DNA of 64,000 nt from Microbotryum violaceum (Eukaryota): assembly GCA_001244265.2 (NCBI GenBank), contig CDLV01000014.1, positions 496,001 through 560,000 on the forward strand. Direction: 5' to 3'. The translations under genes were made by a program, and so were the position numbers. The notes under the pieces were generated by a model. It searched no databases and was not told the DNA's origin. It saw nothing but the letters and a program-made list of their open reading frames with translations. Shown piece after piece: positions 63,460-64,000 of this stretch; positions within the stretch are counted from its first letter, which is position 1, and each line of letters begins with the position of its first letter.

Positions 63460-64000
63460 GATGGAGGTTTGAGCTTTTGATGTTGAGCGTCGAGCGTGAG
63501 CGTCGGCTCAGAGCTCGATACTCGAGATGCTGTCGAAAAGAGTGATGGGTCAAGGGTCGTGGGGGGGGGGTGTGGTGCTAGTGCGCTCCGCAGTCGGCTC
63601 CGAAGATCGAAGCGGGGGGCGCGGGGGACAGGGTCGAGCGAGCGAGAACGGCGAGCATAGAAACTGATGCGAGAACGCACTGAGGTTACAGGTAAGGCAG
63701 TCTACAGCAGCCGTACGTGGTTTTTATCGTGTTTCCCCTGGGCTTTCCGAAGGCGACGAGTGCGATGACGGGGGCTGATGGAGAACAAGGACAAGAGCCA
63801 GTACATGTACGTAGGGGCCACTGAGTGAGTGTTCTTGAGCGCTTGCAGTGAGCGCCAAGCCGGGGCGCGCCGAGCGAGACGAGGCTGAGAATGCGCCGAA
63901 AAGTGCTCGAGTCTCATCGCTTCTACACCAATAATTCTCATTTGCAGTAGTTAACCGACTGCTCTCTCGCTGAACGTTTCGATTGTTTTGCTTCCCTGCC

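Overview
Intron-rich eukaryotic DNA (GT-AG introns, GCTGAC/CTAAC-type branch points), clearly fungal and by inference a basidiomycete, possibly Pucciniomycotina (two fucosyltransferase-family genes, RecQ-helicase transposon). From about 15 kb to the end it is mostly dense housekeeping genes: mitochondrial GGQ release factor, ADE4, RSM27, phospholipase B, proteasome chaperone Pba1/PAC1-like, ALG2, MRP17, PPR protein, NOP1, GT10 fucosyltransferase, RSE1, PABPN1/Pab2, PBP1, ceramide synthase, GND1, a disrupted O-fucosyltransferase-like gene and an NHA1-type antiporter. The left part has an arylsulfatase and a transposon island (2.7-11.6 kb): an internally deleted TIR element with a spliced RecQ-like helicase (AcademH-like), a full-length L1-clade LINE, and a Helitron 3' remnant. 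A second, almost identical LINE copy lies in opposite orientation in the ADE4/RSM27 divergent promoter, so the two copies bracket a 9.8 kb gene block. Both LINE copies begin at the same base only 14 nt before the ORF1 ATG. Other notable items are an in-frame mini-MFS gene lacking most transmembrane helices and a ~960 bp non-coding element with 8-bp direct repeats and repeated internal motifs. CDS coordinates are gene spans including introns, with exon joins read by eye. No CRISPR array, tRNA or rRNA was recognised.
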